A stretch of DNA of 63,750 nucleotides, filler included, from Folioceros fuciformis (taxonomy: Eukaryota), in assembly GCA_049999805.1 (NCBI GenBank). It is 8 parts of 8 records of this genome, joined end to end, with 100 filler letters (N's around TTAATTAATTAA, not from the genome) between each part and the next. Parts side by side here need not be neighbours in the genome. Positions count along the whole stretch, not along the records: positions 46,984 to 49,952 come from JBNGIO010002115.1; positions 50,053 to 52,852 come from JBNGIO010002116.1; positions 52,953 to 61,653 come from JBNGIO010002117.1; positions 61,754 to 63,750 come from JBNGIO010002121.1; 4 more parts are not named here. One strand, 5' to 3'. The notes under the pieces are model-generated. The model saw only the letters and a program-made list of their open reading frames with translations, ran no database searches and had not been told where the DNA came from. A program made the translations under genes and the position numbers. Shown here piece by piece: positions 49,801 through 63,750 of the stretch (positions within the stretch are counted from its first letter, which is position 1; each line of letters begins with the position of its first letter).

Positions 49801-52800
49801 ATATGTAAATAGTGGAAAATAGAATTCTCATTATTTGTCTAGAAAAATGAGTGAAATATATTGTAAAAAAATAAAATCTTGAATTCGTTCTTAAATGACT
49901 TGAGAATCTTGTTGGGATGAAACTTGGAAGGCTGACAGCCGCTCCTATAGCCNNNNNNNNNNNNNNNNNNNNNNNNNNNNNNNNNNNNNNNNNNNNTTAA
50001 TTAATTAANNNNNNNNNNNNNNNNNNNNNNNNNNNNNNNNNNNNNNNNNNNNCTCCCGTCTGAAGTAGGCGGTTCTACTTCTTGACTCGGTATGCCAGCT
50101 GCTGAGGGGTGCTAGCGGGTGTTACTAGTGCATGTTCGAGTACGTTAAGAGCAGTATGGCCAGCAGAAAGTGAAGAGGATTGGAAATCGCTGATCCTGAA
50201 GTGCATAATATCCGATGATGATGCAGGGAACTAATGGGCAGCAGTAGAAGTAGCAGCATTGCTTGGTCATTCTGCTGAGATGCAGCAGTCCTTGCTAATT
50301 CTGTTTAGATGCAGCATTCCTTGCTCAGATACCGTGTTGGGGAGTCTGAGCGTGGATTGCGTATACCAGTTCGCCAAAGACTTCAGCTGCAGCCTCGTCT
50401 TTGAAGTTCTTCAAGATTCTGATACACCATTCTGCAATTTGAGCAAGCTTGTGCAAACACGTCCGTTCGTCCCTCATTACCATGAGCTTTCAGGTTCAGT
50501 ACGTGCGTGACATCTATGTCGATCGACATGCAGGCATGGGAGGTTTGCTAGCCTCCGCCAGACTGCAGATACAGCGAAGCGTCTACCACACCACCCGACA
50601 CACTTCCAGGCTTGCGGAGCCCTCACTCATGCTGTCGCTTAACGCTCAAATCCTGCGTGCAAGCGAAGGAGTCGTGATGCTCACTACCAAGTGTTTGCAC
50701 ATGGATCCCTGTCCTGCTGTCTCCTAATTCATTACCAGGGCACGATCCCTATTGCACACAGGTCCACGATGGGACCAGAAGAAACTTGGTTTTGGAATAC
50801 TGCAAGACTCCACACCGGTTCCAGAACGTTCACCTTGCCATTTTTTCCCGTCTCGGACCGTCGCAGGGAAGCACCGGGTACAGGAATAGAACGCCACATT
50901 GAATGCGCCCCTCACACAAGCATGCCATACCCGCCCCTCGGTCCCGACTTACGCGCGCGTTCGCGTTAGGCAAACCCTTCCTGAAATGAAACCTGCGACC
51001 CATGGCAAGACGTTGCTAAACATACTCTCTATGGACCCCACGGCGTCCAGGCTTCCGGCACGGTTGGTGCCGGGGACACCTAGGGAACCGGACACGATAA
51101 ACCAGGAGCTTGTTGCCCCGCTTGCCCTGCCTCCCTGCCTGCCCTGCCCTGCCCGAGGCCAGCTTGCTATACTGGTCTTGTCTGCTTCCTGCTTCCTTGC
51201 CCACCTTGCTCTCCTTTCCTTGTGGATCTTGCTTGCCAACAAAGTCAACCTAGGACGCATGTGCTGTGCCCTTGGATGTGGGTTGTGGGATGTGGGCTCC
51301 ATCTGCACCGAGACTTCTAATTTTGCATTCCCAATGTTCGTTTGCATGCACAACTGTGCATGTGTGGCGGGAAATCTCCCTCCGACTTGTGTGAATTCCC
51401 ACATCTACAGTTCCTTTCCTGGTCGACCATAAGGCTTAGGCCAGCTTCTTGGGATGGGTTGTGAGCACCGCCGAGCGGGTCGCAAAAATCGAAGTGACGC
51501 CGGGATTGGGGATATTTTCTGGCATGCATACCTATGTACAGTATGGTGTGACTTCGTCCTGGCGGGAAGATGGGCACAACATCTAGCTCAGCCGCCTTTG
51601 GAAGAAGATCTGAACCCTCCGTCAGCTCACTCTCTTGGGATGAAAGGCTGGCCCATGGAACATGAGATTGGCTGTCGTGAATCCTTCCGTCGGTGGGTAG
51701 CTATGAACTATGACTTCAATAATTTTTAATTCAAAACATATATTATCTGAAGTAAAAAGCTTCACTACATTCAAAGACATGCATTAAGATGAATACTACC
51801 CATGAGGTGGTACTACTTGTTCCAAATAGGTACACCTAGCTACTTGTTCCAAAGGCATTCTTACCTTTAGGGACCCATCTAGTTACCAATTTGAGCACTA
51901 CATGTTGAATCCCAAAGTTCTTATAAGTAGAACATGCTTAGTCCCAAAGCAACTCAAAAGAATGGTGGGAGGGAGCCCATGAACGGTTTTGTGCCAACAC
52001 AGTTTTAAGCTTCCTATTTAGCTTTGAGTAACCTCATCAATCCCACCATAGAGCATATACACTAATTTGCTGCATACATATCTAACAAGACCTTATCTTA
52101 ACTAGTCAAAGAAGGAGCTAAGAAAGAATGAGATAGAATTGGTGCTTATTACACATGTTCATTCACATATCATAATCTTTTGTCAAATTTATAAGATCAG
52201 CTTCCTGATCTGGGTGATGTGCACTTCCTAGCCAGTTGAAGATTTTCCGAAAGGTCTTCTTATCATCGTAAGATAACAACATTACTGTTAGTTTGAACCT
52301 CTTCACTTTAGTTAGTCCTTGAAGTATGCAAATAGCTCCCTGCATGTGATAGTGGAGGAAACAACGTGTCTTGTCAGTAGCCAAATCAACTTACTTCACT
52401 ACATGCTTTGGTGGTAACCAAATATGCTTATCTCTTAAGCTACTAGGTACACACCCTTGGTTCATGAGGCATGTAAGCTTTGCATATTATTTTAGCAACA
52501 AGTCGCATGATATTAGCACTAAGAGATTCCTTGAATATTTCCGGATACTTATTCGAATCCACTTGACTAACATACTCTTGTAACAACTCGAGTTCATCTT
52601 GCAGACGAGTGCATCCTCGCTCGAATTGTAAAGCTGTAGTTGGGGGGAGTGGTAAGGTCATTGGGGTTTTCTTAACATCTATGTCCAAACTGCATGAAGC
52701 ACAAGGTTTCTCCTCACTCTCAGAAGATGCTGACAATAGTGGTTCGATAAGTGATCCAGCTTCTTCTGAACCCAAAATTGATCTCTTTGTTTCTCCATCA

Positions 52801-53445
52801 GACTCATCTTGTTTTGACGTTTCTCGAATAACACTTTCACTTAAATCTTCGANNNNNNNNNNNNNNNNNNNNNNNNNNNNNNNNNNNNNNNNNNNNTTAA
52901 TTAATTAANNNNNNNNNNNNNNNNNNNNNNNNNNNNNNNNNNNNNNNNNNNNTGTCTGTGCAGGTGACTGTGCAGCACACCTCTAACGGCCTACAACAAT
53001 CACCTCACGAAAATGGCAAAGCCTACGTAGGTGATCAGTAGCCGTTCCAAGTAGTTTGTAATGTAGAATTTTGATAACACAAATCTACATTACTTATATT
53101 CTGATATAATCCATTGTCCGTGCAAAAATGAATTCCAAAATTAGCCTTGATATAACATCAAATCTGTACTATCCTGAAAAAATGACCTTCCCAATAGTGA
53201 CACACCTCCTACATGGAAGTGTGCCTATGCTACAGAAATCCTAGATCAGATCCTTCTCTATCCAGAACTAACCGAGTGATAAATCTGCGGATACTATGTC
53301 TGAATAGGCTACCTTGCCACTCCCTCCCCACCCAAACACCACTACTGCCACACCTGACCCCATGCTTCGTGCTGCACGTTGTATACCTCCCCTACACAGT
53401 AAAGGGAACTCACGCCTTTCCCAGCGTGCCAGACGGTATGAAATC

Positions 53446-56400
53446 TCACGGTGGAAATACCTTGGCAGCAGCAGCTGCGACCGCCGATGCTTTGCCAGCT
53501 TTGCTTTGTAAACTCCACAGCATTATGCTTGCTGTCAACGTCAATATCATCTTAGGCCTCACCTGCAAACGCACGATAGGACGAGTCAACACCGTGCAAG
53601 ACACGGCACCAGTCATACACTCGCTTTTTGACCTCTCACCTCCACGATATCGTCCCAAAGAAGGAAGACTGAGCAACCGAGCTTGCGAGCCACACTAATG
53701 ATATAATTTGCATTATTCTTCTTATCCTCCTCTGCGCAACCGACACAAACCCAACACTCATCAACTACACCAACTCTAAAAATTAGCTGTCTGCCAAGAG
53801 AGCACAGCCACCGCAATCTCTCGGTCAAAAAGCCAACACATACCTGTTTGACCTGGAGTGACAAGAGCCCAGTTTACAACTCTCGGTTCCACTGCTCCGA
53901 GGAGGTCCAGGAAAAATATCCCATTTGATAGACTCCTATCCTGCACATGTCATTGTCAATCAAAAGTGCATCCTCACTGCAGTGAAACCTTCTGTGGCCA
54001 GGTATTCTTGACTGGTGATGGGCTACTAAAATGGATGATTCCAAGGAGGTGAGTATTGCCAGCTTAAAATACGGAGAAGTTAAAGGAGCTTTTCTCACCT
54101 TGAAGCTGTCCATATGAGACGTTTTGCCAACACTTTTCACCTTAGCGTTTGCCCACTGTAAAATATCTGCATCAGAAACCTCCTTTCCAAGAAGCTTCAG
54201 GCTTTTCACCATTTGTAGCAAACTGTATCGCATCAACTGCCACAAATATGCTGTGTGCACAAGACAACCAAATGCACAAACACTGCCTTGTTAATACAGA
54301 AATTCCATCCCACATTCAAAAAGCGCAACTCCCGAGGCCTCCATCAACCCAACCAAAGCTTCTCATACCAAGGATTAGCTTCTTGTTCTTTTCCACGATG
54401 TCATGGCCGGCTACATTCACGAGTGAAAACTTCAATTTCTTTCCGATCTCAATGGCTTGATTGCAATTCTCTACCTTCTTCAAAGGAATTCGGAATGGGG
54501 GCTTGTTTACAAGTTTCCAGTTGACAACTCCTGGAGAAACCTTGTCAAGTACTTCAAGTAGGACCCACCTGCGCTTCAACCCCAACCTTCTCAGGATCTG
54601 TGCCACCGGCCACACTGTCTACTGAGAAGCCAACAATCAAGTCCTGGCGCCTGCTTTGATGCAGAAACTACAAGCAGGCCTCAGCGGACTCACCCATCCA
54701 CGACATCCTCGAACAGTGAGTTCACAAAGGTGTCGTTTCCAAGACTGTTGATCCACATGCGATAGGCTCGTTCTTCTCTTGTGTCTTGTACCTCGTCTTC
54801 AAGCATCTCAGCATAAGAAAATTTGGAGTTGTCCGCCACCAGTCCCTTCCTGGAGAAAGTCCAAAACCAAAGTGGTATGTTAACTCGTCATTGTGCATAA
54901 CCCACATGGACACAACAACTTTGCAGCAACATGGTACCTTTCATGGAACAGATGGGCCACAAAAGCAAGATTCAAGTTTGGTGACCCCTCTACAATGTCC
55001 TTGGGTGAGACATATTTGCGGCAGTTTATACGCTCAGCTTGTGTCAGAACTGCATTTGCTCTCTCTGTTGGATCTGCTATCCTCAAAGGGGATAGGTCAC
55101 AGCTTTCAGGTGCCAATGTGTGAAGAAGGAAGGTGTATGCTTCACCATCCTGCACTACCGGTCATGTAACTGGAATCAAGCTGACTATTCAGATTCAGAG
55201 GTTCAGAAGATGCAGGGAGTGCGAGTACTGAAATATTTGACCTGAACAATCCATGTGGCCACAAAATCTCACCTTCACATCAGAACTGAAATTCGATATG
55301 GATTTCTTGTACCCTGCCTTTTGAAGGTGAAAATTCATCCATCGCAAGAGGACCTTCTCGGGAGTGAGCTTCGTAAGAGCCTCGATTTCCTGAGATCAAG
55401 CAAGCTTGCAATCAACATCCACACTTACCAAACCCTACATACAGTCCTTCAAGTCTGCAGCCACACAAATAAGACGAATGAGGAAAACCAATATGTCTTC
55501 TTCACACCTCAGAGTCAAGTAATATTTCCACCAACTCAGGTGTCTTCTTCAAGTTCAGATCTGCAAGAAGTTGAATCTGCAGTACACAAGCCATTGTTTT
55601 ACCTCATGTATATCTTCCCATACACAACCCAAACAAATGGGTCGAAAGTCATGAAGGGAAAAGGCAATCGTTATCTCAAACTAGCTATACCTGAATCAAA
55701 ATAGCGACAAAACGGACGTGGAACGTACCTTCACAATCTGTGATATAAGACCAAGCACGAGGTGCGGCTGTCATGCACATACACCACCAGAGTTTAGCGC
55801 GTACTATCTCAGCAAACCATGTACACCAACACTAACACAACATACCGTAACAATGGATATTGTATGCAGTTCCCACTCACCCGGCCAGCAACCAAGTCCT
55901 CTGTGCCAATATTAACAACGGAGCATCCAATGGCTTTCGCAGAGTTTAGACAAAGTGTTTGATTCTCAACTTTTTCCCATGGATTTAGCTTGTCCTTCAC
56001 GTTCAGTGCTCGCTCATCAATGGTCCCAGACACAGCTATGTTGATCAGTTTACTGCATAAACACAGTTAGCGACGGCACAAATGAGAACCGACAGAGGAG
56101 AGCCATGTGCACGGAGAAGGTCAGACAGCGTTGTTTCAACGTACCAAAGCAATATTCCATCTTTCACCATCTCGAATAGAGCATCTCCAGCAGAATCTAT
56201 GGGGAGGTGCCTTCTCAGCACAGGATCATCAGCAAGATAAGTATTGATGTGATCCACGTACGCCTTTTTCTCCGAATCACTTATCGTGTGCACCAAAGTG
56301 GTATTAGCATCTTTGAGAAACGCTGAAGAATTCTTTTGAGGACTTATCTTAGGGCTGCCACCCTTCTGTAGATCTAGATACATCTGAATAGGAGACCATG

Positions 56401-56974
56401 ACAGACACATGATAGAAGTGAGAAGATGCTGGACAGCAGCCAAGCATTGAATTGCACACATTAGGGAGTACGGCGTGAATTGCGTTACCCATAGAAATGC
56501 CTCAAAATCCAGACCAGCCTTGGACTGGGAAGCTTGCTTGCTCATAATTGTTTCCACTTCCTGAGAAGTCAAAGCCTGCTGTAAGTTGAGCTTAGCAAAA
56601 CCAGCCTCCAACTCCCTGGAAGTGAGATATCCAGTTTTCCCCGTGTTCATCGCCTCAAACTGCAGACGAAAGGAAACGAAAAGTGTAAGCACATCCGAAA
56701 TGGGAGACGACTGGATACTGCAACGGTCCAGATTCGGGCCGCCTTTTCACCTCAAGCTGAGCTCAGGGTGACTGAGCACCTAAGTAGGCAAAATAGCAGG
56801 ACCGCAGACCAGCAGAACGAATGCCTGGAATCCAATGCATCGCAGATGCACGTCGTGCAAGCGAGCAGGGCATGGGAGCGTATGTACTTGAGATTTGAGA
56901 GTTCGCAGCTCCCCCTGAGTGAATTGACTGGCCAGCAATGGGTCCGAAACCACAATCCCTCCAAAGCCTGCCAT
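53446..56974 (-). CDS. FIM: Fimbrin (actin-bundling protein with four CH domains), multi-exon
   Basis: [132 protein letters not shown]. Confidence 0.96.
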
Positions 56975-57798
56975 GTCTGGCTGTGGTGTCGCAGAGAGTG
57001 GCCAAGTCAAACCGCATCCACGAAGCTAGGCAGCAGAGCAGGGCGCAGAAGCGGGCTCGGGATCCGTAGATGCGGTGCCATCTTCATTCTGCCGCCATGA
57101 ATGGAGCTGCTGCCGCGGAATTGAGTGGGATGCGAGTTCGGGAGTGCGGGGTGGCCGATCGCAGCGGCATGGAATCCGGTAAGTGGAGCGCGCACTGCGA
57201 CGTCTCGACAGCCAGGTGGAAATCGGTGAGTGCAAGAAAGCTGTGAAGCAAAAGGAACATGACCGAGGCGAGCAACAGAGCCAGAGCAGACAGCAGGAGT
57301 GTACTTGTACTTGTAGGCTGAGTGGATCCAGTGGGCTGGTGAGCAGGCACCCGAGGGCCCCAACCGGGCCGGGCCCGCAAGGGCCAGCGCGCGCAATGTG
57401 CGGCGGAAGAGGGGAGAGGGGAAGGAAGTGCTGCCGATGCCACTACCAAATTTCCTCTAAAGGAAATCGCGCTGGTTATAGGGCTTTCTGTTACTGCTCT
57501 TTAATGGGATGAATTCTTTTAGAGTACAGTAAAGTGGGATTTGCATCATCCAGTTTAACAACTTGCACCGTGATATACAAACCTGTAGTTTACTGATGCG
57601 AGCGCATGACGCTTAATTCTGAAGTTCTGATAAACGTGTGTCCCTGGCCCTCGGGAATGCAAGGGTAACTGCCCATTATTAATAAATATGGTGTCCCTTC
57701 TTATCTCTAAAGGCACGTTGGTGAGCTGGTTAGGGCATCGGTGTAGGTCTGTACTCCGATAATTGAACGTGTCACGATTTACGACTCACGACTCCTAA

Positions 57799-59682
<1,884 letters not shown>

Positions 59683-61802
59683 CTTTTGCATCACCCTCTC
59701 TGATGAGGACAGTAATCGGTACTTGGGACTGCGTAGCCCGACCCATGAGGATTGTGGTGTGTTGGGTTTCAGTATGATTGCTCAGGAGTGTCCGCACTCT
59801 CTACCGTTGGCCGTCACCCTGAGGTGACAAGCATAAGGCGCCTTTGTGATGGAGGGCGAGCAACGGCCTACTTTACCTCCAACTTATCAGCCTTTCACTT
59901 TGTAGTTGTCTGTGGAGCCGATTATACCAGGGTCAAGATGTTGGAGGAGTATGCTAAAACTTATTCCCTGTTGTCGTATGGGAACCCTTGAGTTGTCCCT
60001 GGTCTCCCCTACGCTTCGTTGACCCCTCCACTAGTATGTGAGCATGTATTTTTGGTTTGTGCATCGTGTTCCTTTTCCTCTAACTGCCTTTTCAGTCTCG
60101 GTTTGTGACTGACTGTCTTGTCATTGCAGTGATTGCAGTGGGAAGGGAAGACGGAAATGTCGAGAAGCTTCGACTCTTGTTGTTGTGTTAGAAACATCTA
60201 TTTCCAATCACTGGTTGTTGTCGCAGTGGGAGGGCGGGAAAGGTTGGTGAAGGAGAATCGAACGTAGCTTGAAGGGTATTTTGATAGAATCGAGGATCTT
60301 AACCCTTCATTCTCTACGTGACATTGTAAGATTATGTACTCGGGTTGTGAAGGAAAGCCCTCGGGGATGGGAGGGGTGTAAGCGTGGGCAAAGCATTTAC
60401 CTCGCTCTCCATCAGAGGAGCGCTGTCAGCAAACAGCGATGCGGATTGGAGGGCCTTCGTCATCCTTCTAGCCAATGAAAAACACGGTCCCAAGTTATGC
60501 AGGTCGGGAATTTGCGACTTGAGCGAAAACGGAATTGGACTAGGATTAGGTTAGGTGCCCGTGAACTGGCGCGTTCTAGATTTGATTTGCGAAGTGTGAG
60601 GGCGTCTGCCTTTCTGATAGGAGACGACAGGCTGTTGCGACTCGGTTTCTCCCTCCCTGGCAGCCGAGGGAGGTTTGTTTCTCGGAGGCGATGGTAGTGT
60701 CACACCACAAATTGTGGTCCATGAGTTAAATGACGAGTCCGGGGCCCCGATCGCGCACTGTGACAAAGGCTTGGGGCTTTCCAAGAAGTGATGGGGAAAC
60801 CGATCAAACTTTACAGCCGCAGTACCAACCACGTGGGCAAGCTGTCTCTCCAACCTATGACTGGTGTGGAGTAGCGCAAGGAGCACCGAGCCCATAGTCT
60901 GGAGCACGGAACATCACGGGCCACGGTCGAAGGGAACCAAGTTGCAGCTCACATTCACAGGCTAGGCTGCCTATACGTCGGATCTGGCAACTTACAGCTG
61001 TCCGGCCTGTCGTTGTAGGAGCTACCTATTTTGGAATAGCGTTGACGGATGCGATTGTCACGGAGGAGGCAAGTGGTGGTGACCACAGCGGGCTGTTGGA
61101 CCGCCCGCCTCGCTTGAGTAGCGGATTACGTTCCTCATGATCTGGCTTTAACGTTTGTAATGTCCGAAGCGGGGCTGTCCAATACATGTGTTGTTGGGAA
61201 CGGGTGGCACGATCAAAGACGAAGTCCAACGTCGGTGAATCCCATGCCCGATTATGTGTTGGTCCCTAGCGAGGAAGTGCTGGGTTCCTTCCGCTCTTCG
61301 TGCAGCAGAATGAGGAGTAGAGATATGGCTTCTCAATAAGCTTGACATTTTCACAAACTCAACCAATCAATTGTGAGCCTAATGCTCATGTGTCACAACA
61401 TTTCATGCAACCTTAACCGACGATTTATCTTTGGCTTCACCACGCTTAATGGCCGCCACAAGAGCACTATGCAATCCACGGAGCCTTCTACTGTTGGCCA
61501 CTTCCTCTGAATCATCCATGTTGTCATGGGTGCGAAAGTTGCTGATAATTTCTTCAATTTCCTTCAGCTGTTGCACTCTTCGACCCTCCTTCAATTTCTT
61601 TTGCTGGTGCGCCAGTTCCAATTGTTCAAGCTTGTGAATGATTGCATCAATCCNNNNNNNNNNNNNNNNNNNNNNNNNNNNNNNNNNNNNNNNNNNNTTA
61701 ATTAATTAANNNNNNNNNNNNNNNNNNNNNNNNNNNNNNNNNNNNNNNNNNNNCCTCCTCCTCTCCTCTCCTTCACCATGTAGCTCCTAGCGATCCTTCA
61801 AG

Positions 61803-61817
61803 TGGTATCAGAGCAGG
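61803..61817 (+). promoter_or_regulatory. Primer-binding site complementary to initiator tRNA-Met
   Basis: TGGTATCAGAGC two bases after the CA LTR end. Confidence 0.92.
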
Positions 61818-62305
61818 TGGTGGAGCAAAAGGATGATGTCCCTGGTGCTGTGAACAAAGTAGCTGAAAGAGAGACATTGGAGTGGCTGTATGCAACAACC
61901 GGAGTGCAAGGGCCTCTACCCGGAGAGGAAGCCAAGAGTGGGGCGACCTCCAAGCCTCGGGACGCCTATCCACAGGAGGACGAACGCAGGCGGCATTGAG
62001 CGCGGCAGGCGCACATAGCGCCCCGGGCACACAAGTCCCCCCACTGGCCAGGCAGCCCGCACGGGCACGAGGTGCCTCGGGCGGCCAGCCCGCCGAGGCA
62101 CGGCCAGGACCCCGGCTAGTCTGCCGGGGCGCAGCTAGGCCCCGGCCAGGGGCTTTAGGCCCCTGACGCGACGCCGGGGGCGCTGCCAGACCCAGGGAGG
62201 GGTGGCGGGGCAGCCAACTCCCCACGCCGGGGGCGCCAGGCTCTCCGGTCGGGGCGCCTGGCTTAACGCGGGTGCCAGCCCGCGGGGTGCCCGGCAACCC
62301 GTCCG

Positions 62306-63499
62306 GGGCATCTCGAGGAAGAGGTATACATGCAGCAACCAGAGGGTTTCATTGAGAAGGGCAAAGAGAATCTGGTGTGCAGGTTAAAGAAAAGTCTTTA
62401 TGGTTTGAAGCAGGCACCCAGGGAGTGGTATTTCAAGTTCCACTCATTTATGCTTTCTCAAGGCTACAAGCGTAGCGATGAGGATCATTGCCTCTATACG
62501 AAGCAAGCTAAGGATGGAAGCTTGCTCATTCTGGTCCTCTATGTGGATGATATGCTAATTGCTGGGACTAACAGTGATGAGATTTCAACGTTGAAGTCAA
62601 AGTTGAATGGTCGCTTTGACATGACAGACTTGGGAGAGGCAAGCAATATTCTTCGCATGCGTATTCGTCGAGACAGATAGAAGCGTTTGTTGTACTTGTT
62701 TCAAACTGAATACATTAACAAGGTGCTTCAACGTTTCAATATGGAGAAGGGGAAGGTATTAAGTACTCCGTTGCCTCCATATGTGAAACTGTCGAGCAAG
62801 GATTGCCCAAGCTCTGCGGAGGACAAAGCTGAAATGGAGAAGGTTCCATACTCATCAGCTGTAGGGAGTTTGATGTATGCAATGATCGCTACACGCCCTA
62901 ACATTGCCTTTGCAGTGGGAGTGGTTAGCAGGTTTATGTCAAACCCTGGCAGGAAGCATTGGGAGGCAGTGAAAGGAGTTATGAGATACTTGAATGGTAC
63001 GAAAGCTTTGTGCTTATGTTTTGGTAGTGAAGATGCATCTGTCGTGGGATATACGGATGCTGATTATGCAGGGGATATGGACAAAAGGAGGTCCACATCA
63101 GGTTATGTCTTCATGTGCAGAGGAGGGGCAGTCTCATGGCGATCGCGTTTGCAATCGTGCATAACGCTATCTACCGCAGAGGCTGAGTATGTTGCAACGA
63201 CTGAGGCGTGCAAGGAAGCCATGTGGCTTGCTCGTTTAGTGGGAGATTTGGGGATCAAGGTTGCGCTACCAGTGTTGTATTGTGATAGCCAGAGTGCTAT
63301 CCAATTGGCGAAGAATCCAGTGTTTCATGCGAAGACCAAACATGTGGAAGTGAAGTATCACTTCATTCGAGAGGTGTTGGAAGACAAGAGGGTACAACTT
63401 GTCAAAGTTCACACCAGTCAGAACCCTGCAGATGTTCTTACCAAGGGGCTCTCTTCGGAGCAATTCGCACAAGCTCGGACACTCATGGGCATGAGTTAG
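62306..63499 (+). pseudogene. pol: copia pol remnant (RT 3' half plus RNase H) with an in-frame TAG at 62678-62680
   Basis: LEEEVYMQQPEGF, LKKSLYGLKQAPREW, LYVDDML, YTDADYAG, STAEAEY, KTKHVEVKYHFIRE, NPADVLTK. Confidence 0.95.
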
Positions 63500-63530
63500 A
63501 CCACTCCCCTATAAAGGTAAATTGGCCTGT

Positions 63531-63541
63531 AAGGGGGCGGT
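63531..63541 (+). promoter_or_regulatory. Polypurine tract before the 3' LTR
   Basis: AAGGGGGCGGT immediately 5' of TGT. Confidence 0.75.
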
Positions 63542-63750
63542 TGTAGGGTTATTAAAGCCCAATGTGCTTAGACTAATGTGATTAGTTTATCTAGACTAAT
63601 GTAATTAGTCTAAGATTAGTGTCTAATTAAGTATCATTAGTTTAGATTAGCTTAAGCTAATCTTTAGGAAGCTTCCTGCATAGCTTCCTGTGAGCTTCTT
63701 GTGAAGCTTCCTTGGGAGCTTTTCTAGAGGGTATAAATACCCTCTTGAGC

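Larger units (their letters stand above)
61754..63750 (+). mobile_element. Ty1/copia LTR retrotransposon, internally deleted and non-autonomous
   Basis: Probable 5' LTR end (...TTCA at 61800), PBS, GC-rich leader, RT C-half and RNase H, PPT, then 3' LTR starting TGTAGGG at 63542 with TATAAATA near 63732. Confidence 0.92.

Noticed and set aside
46984-52852. Two contigs with fragmentary ORFs and AT-rich DNA
   Set aside because: Probably decayed repeats, but I found no diagnostic motif.
55670-55700. Apparent fimbrin micro-exon with TAG/TGA codons suggesting nuclear U-to-C editing
   Set aside because: The true [11 protein letters not shown] exon is intact at 55508-55576; the resemblance is intronic coincidence.
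60200-61653. Short ORFs downstream of RH35
   Set aside because: No recognisable homology; truncated by a spacer.

Overview
Eukaryotic nuclear DNA made of eight unrelated contigs joined by artificial 100-bp spacers (N-TTAATTAATTAA-N), so adjacency across a spacer is meaningless. Compact intron-rich plant genes, a centriolar POC1 gene and a DYW:KP-type PPR relic point to a seed-free land plant; a hornwort-like genome fits best (inference). Recognisable genes: MND1 (partial), BLISTER-like, POC1, a steroid 5-alpha-reductase-family gene, LPAT4/5 (partial), VPS13 M-type (partial, about 14 kb), an NT-C2 protein with a giant repeat-built coiled coil, a 10-exon putative plastid protein, a bacterial/fungal-type GFA protein, TTM3 (partial), a GT61, fimbrin and DEAD-box helicase RH35/DDX41. 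Also present: tRNA-Pro(AGG), a tRNA-Lys-like gene with a duplicated 3' half, pseudogenes of mitochondrial-type ribosomal protein L28 and of a U-to-C-type PPR-DYW:KP editing factor, several tandem repeats, and an internally deleted Ty1/copia element. All family assignments come from recalled motifs, not database searches.
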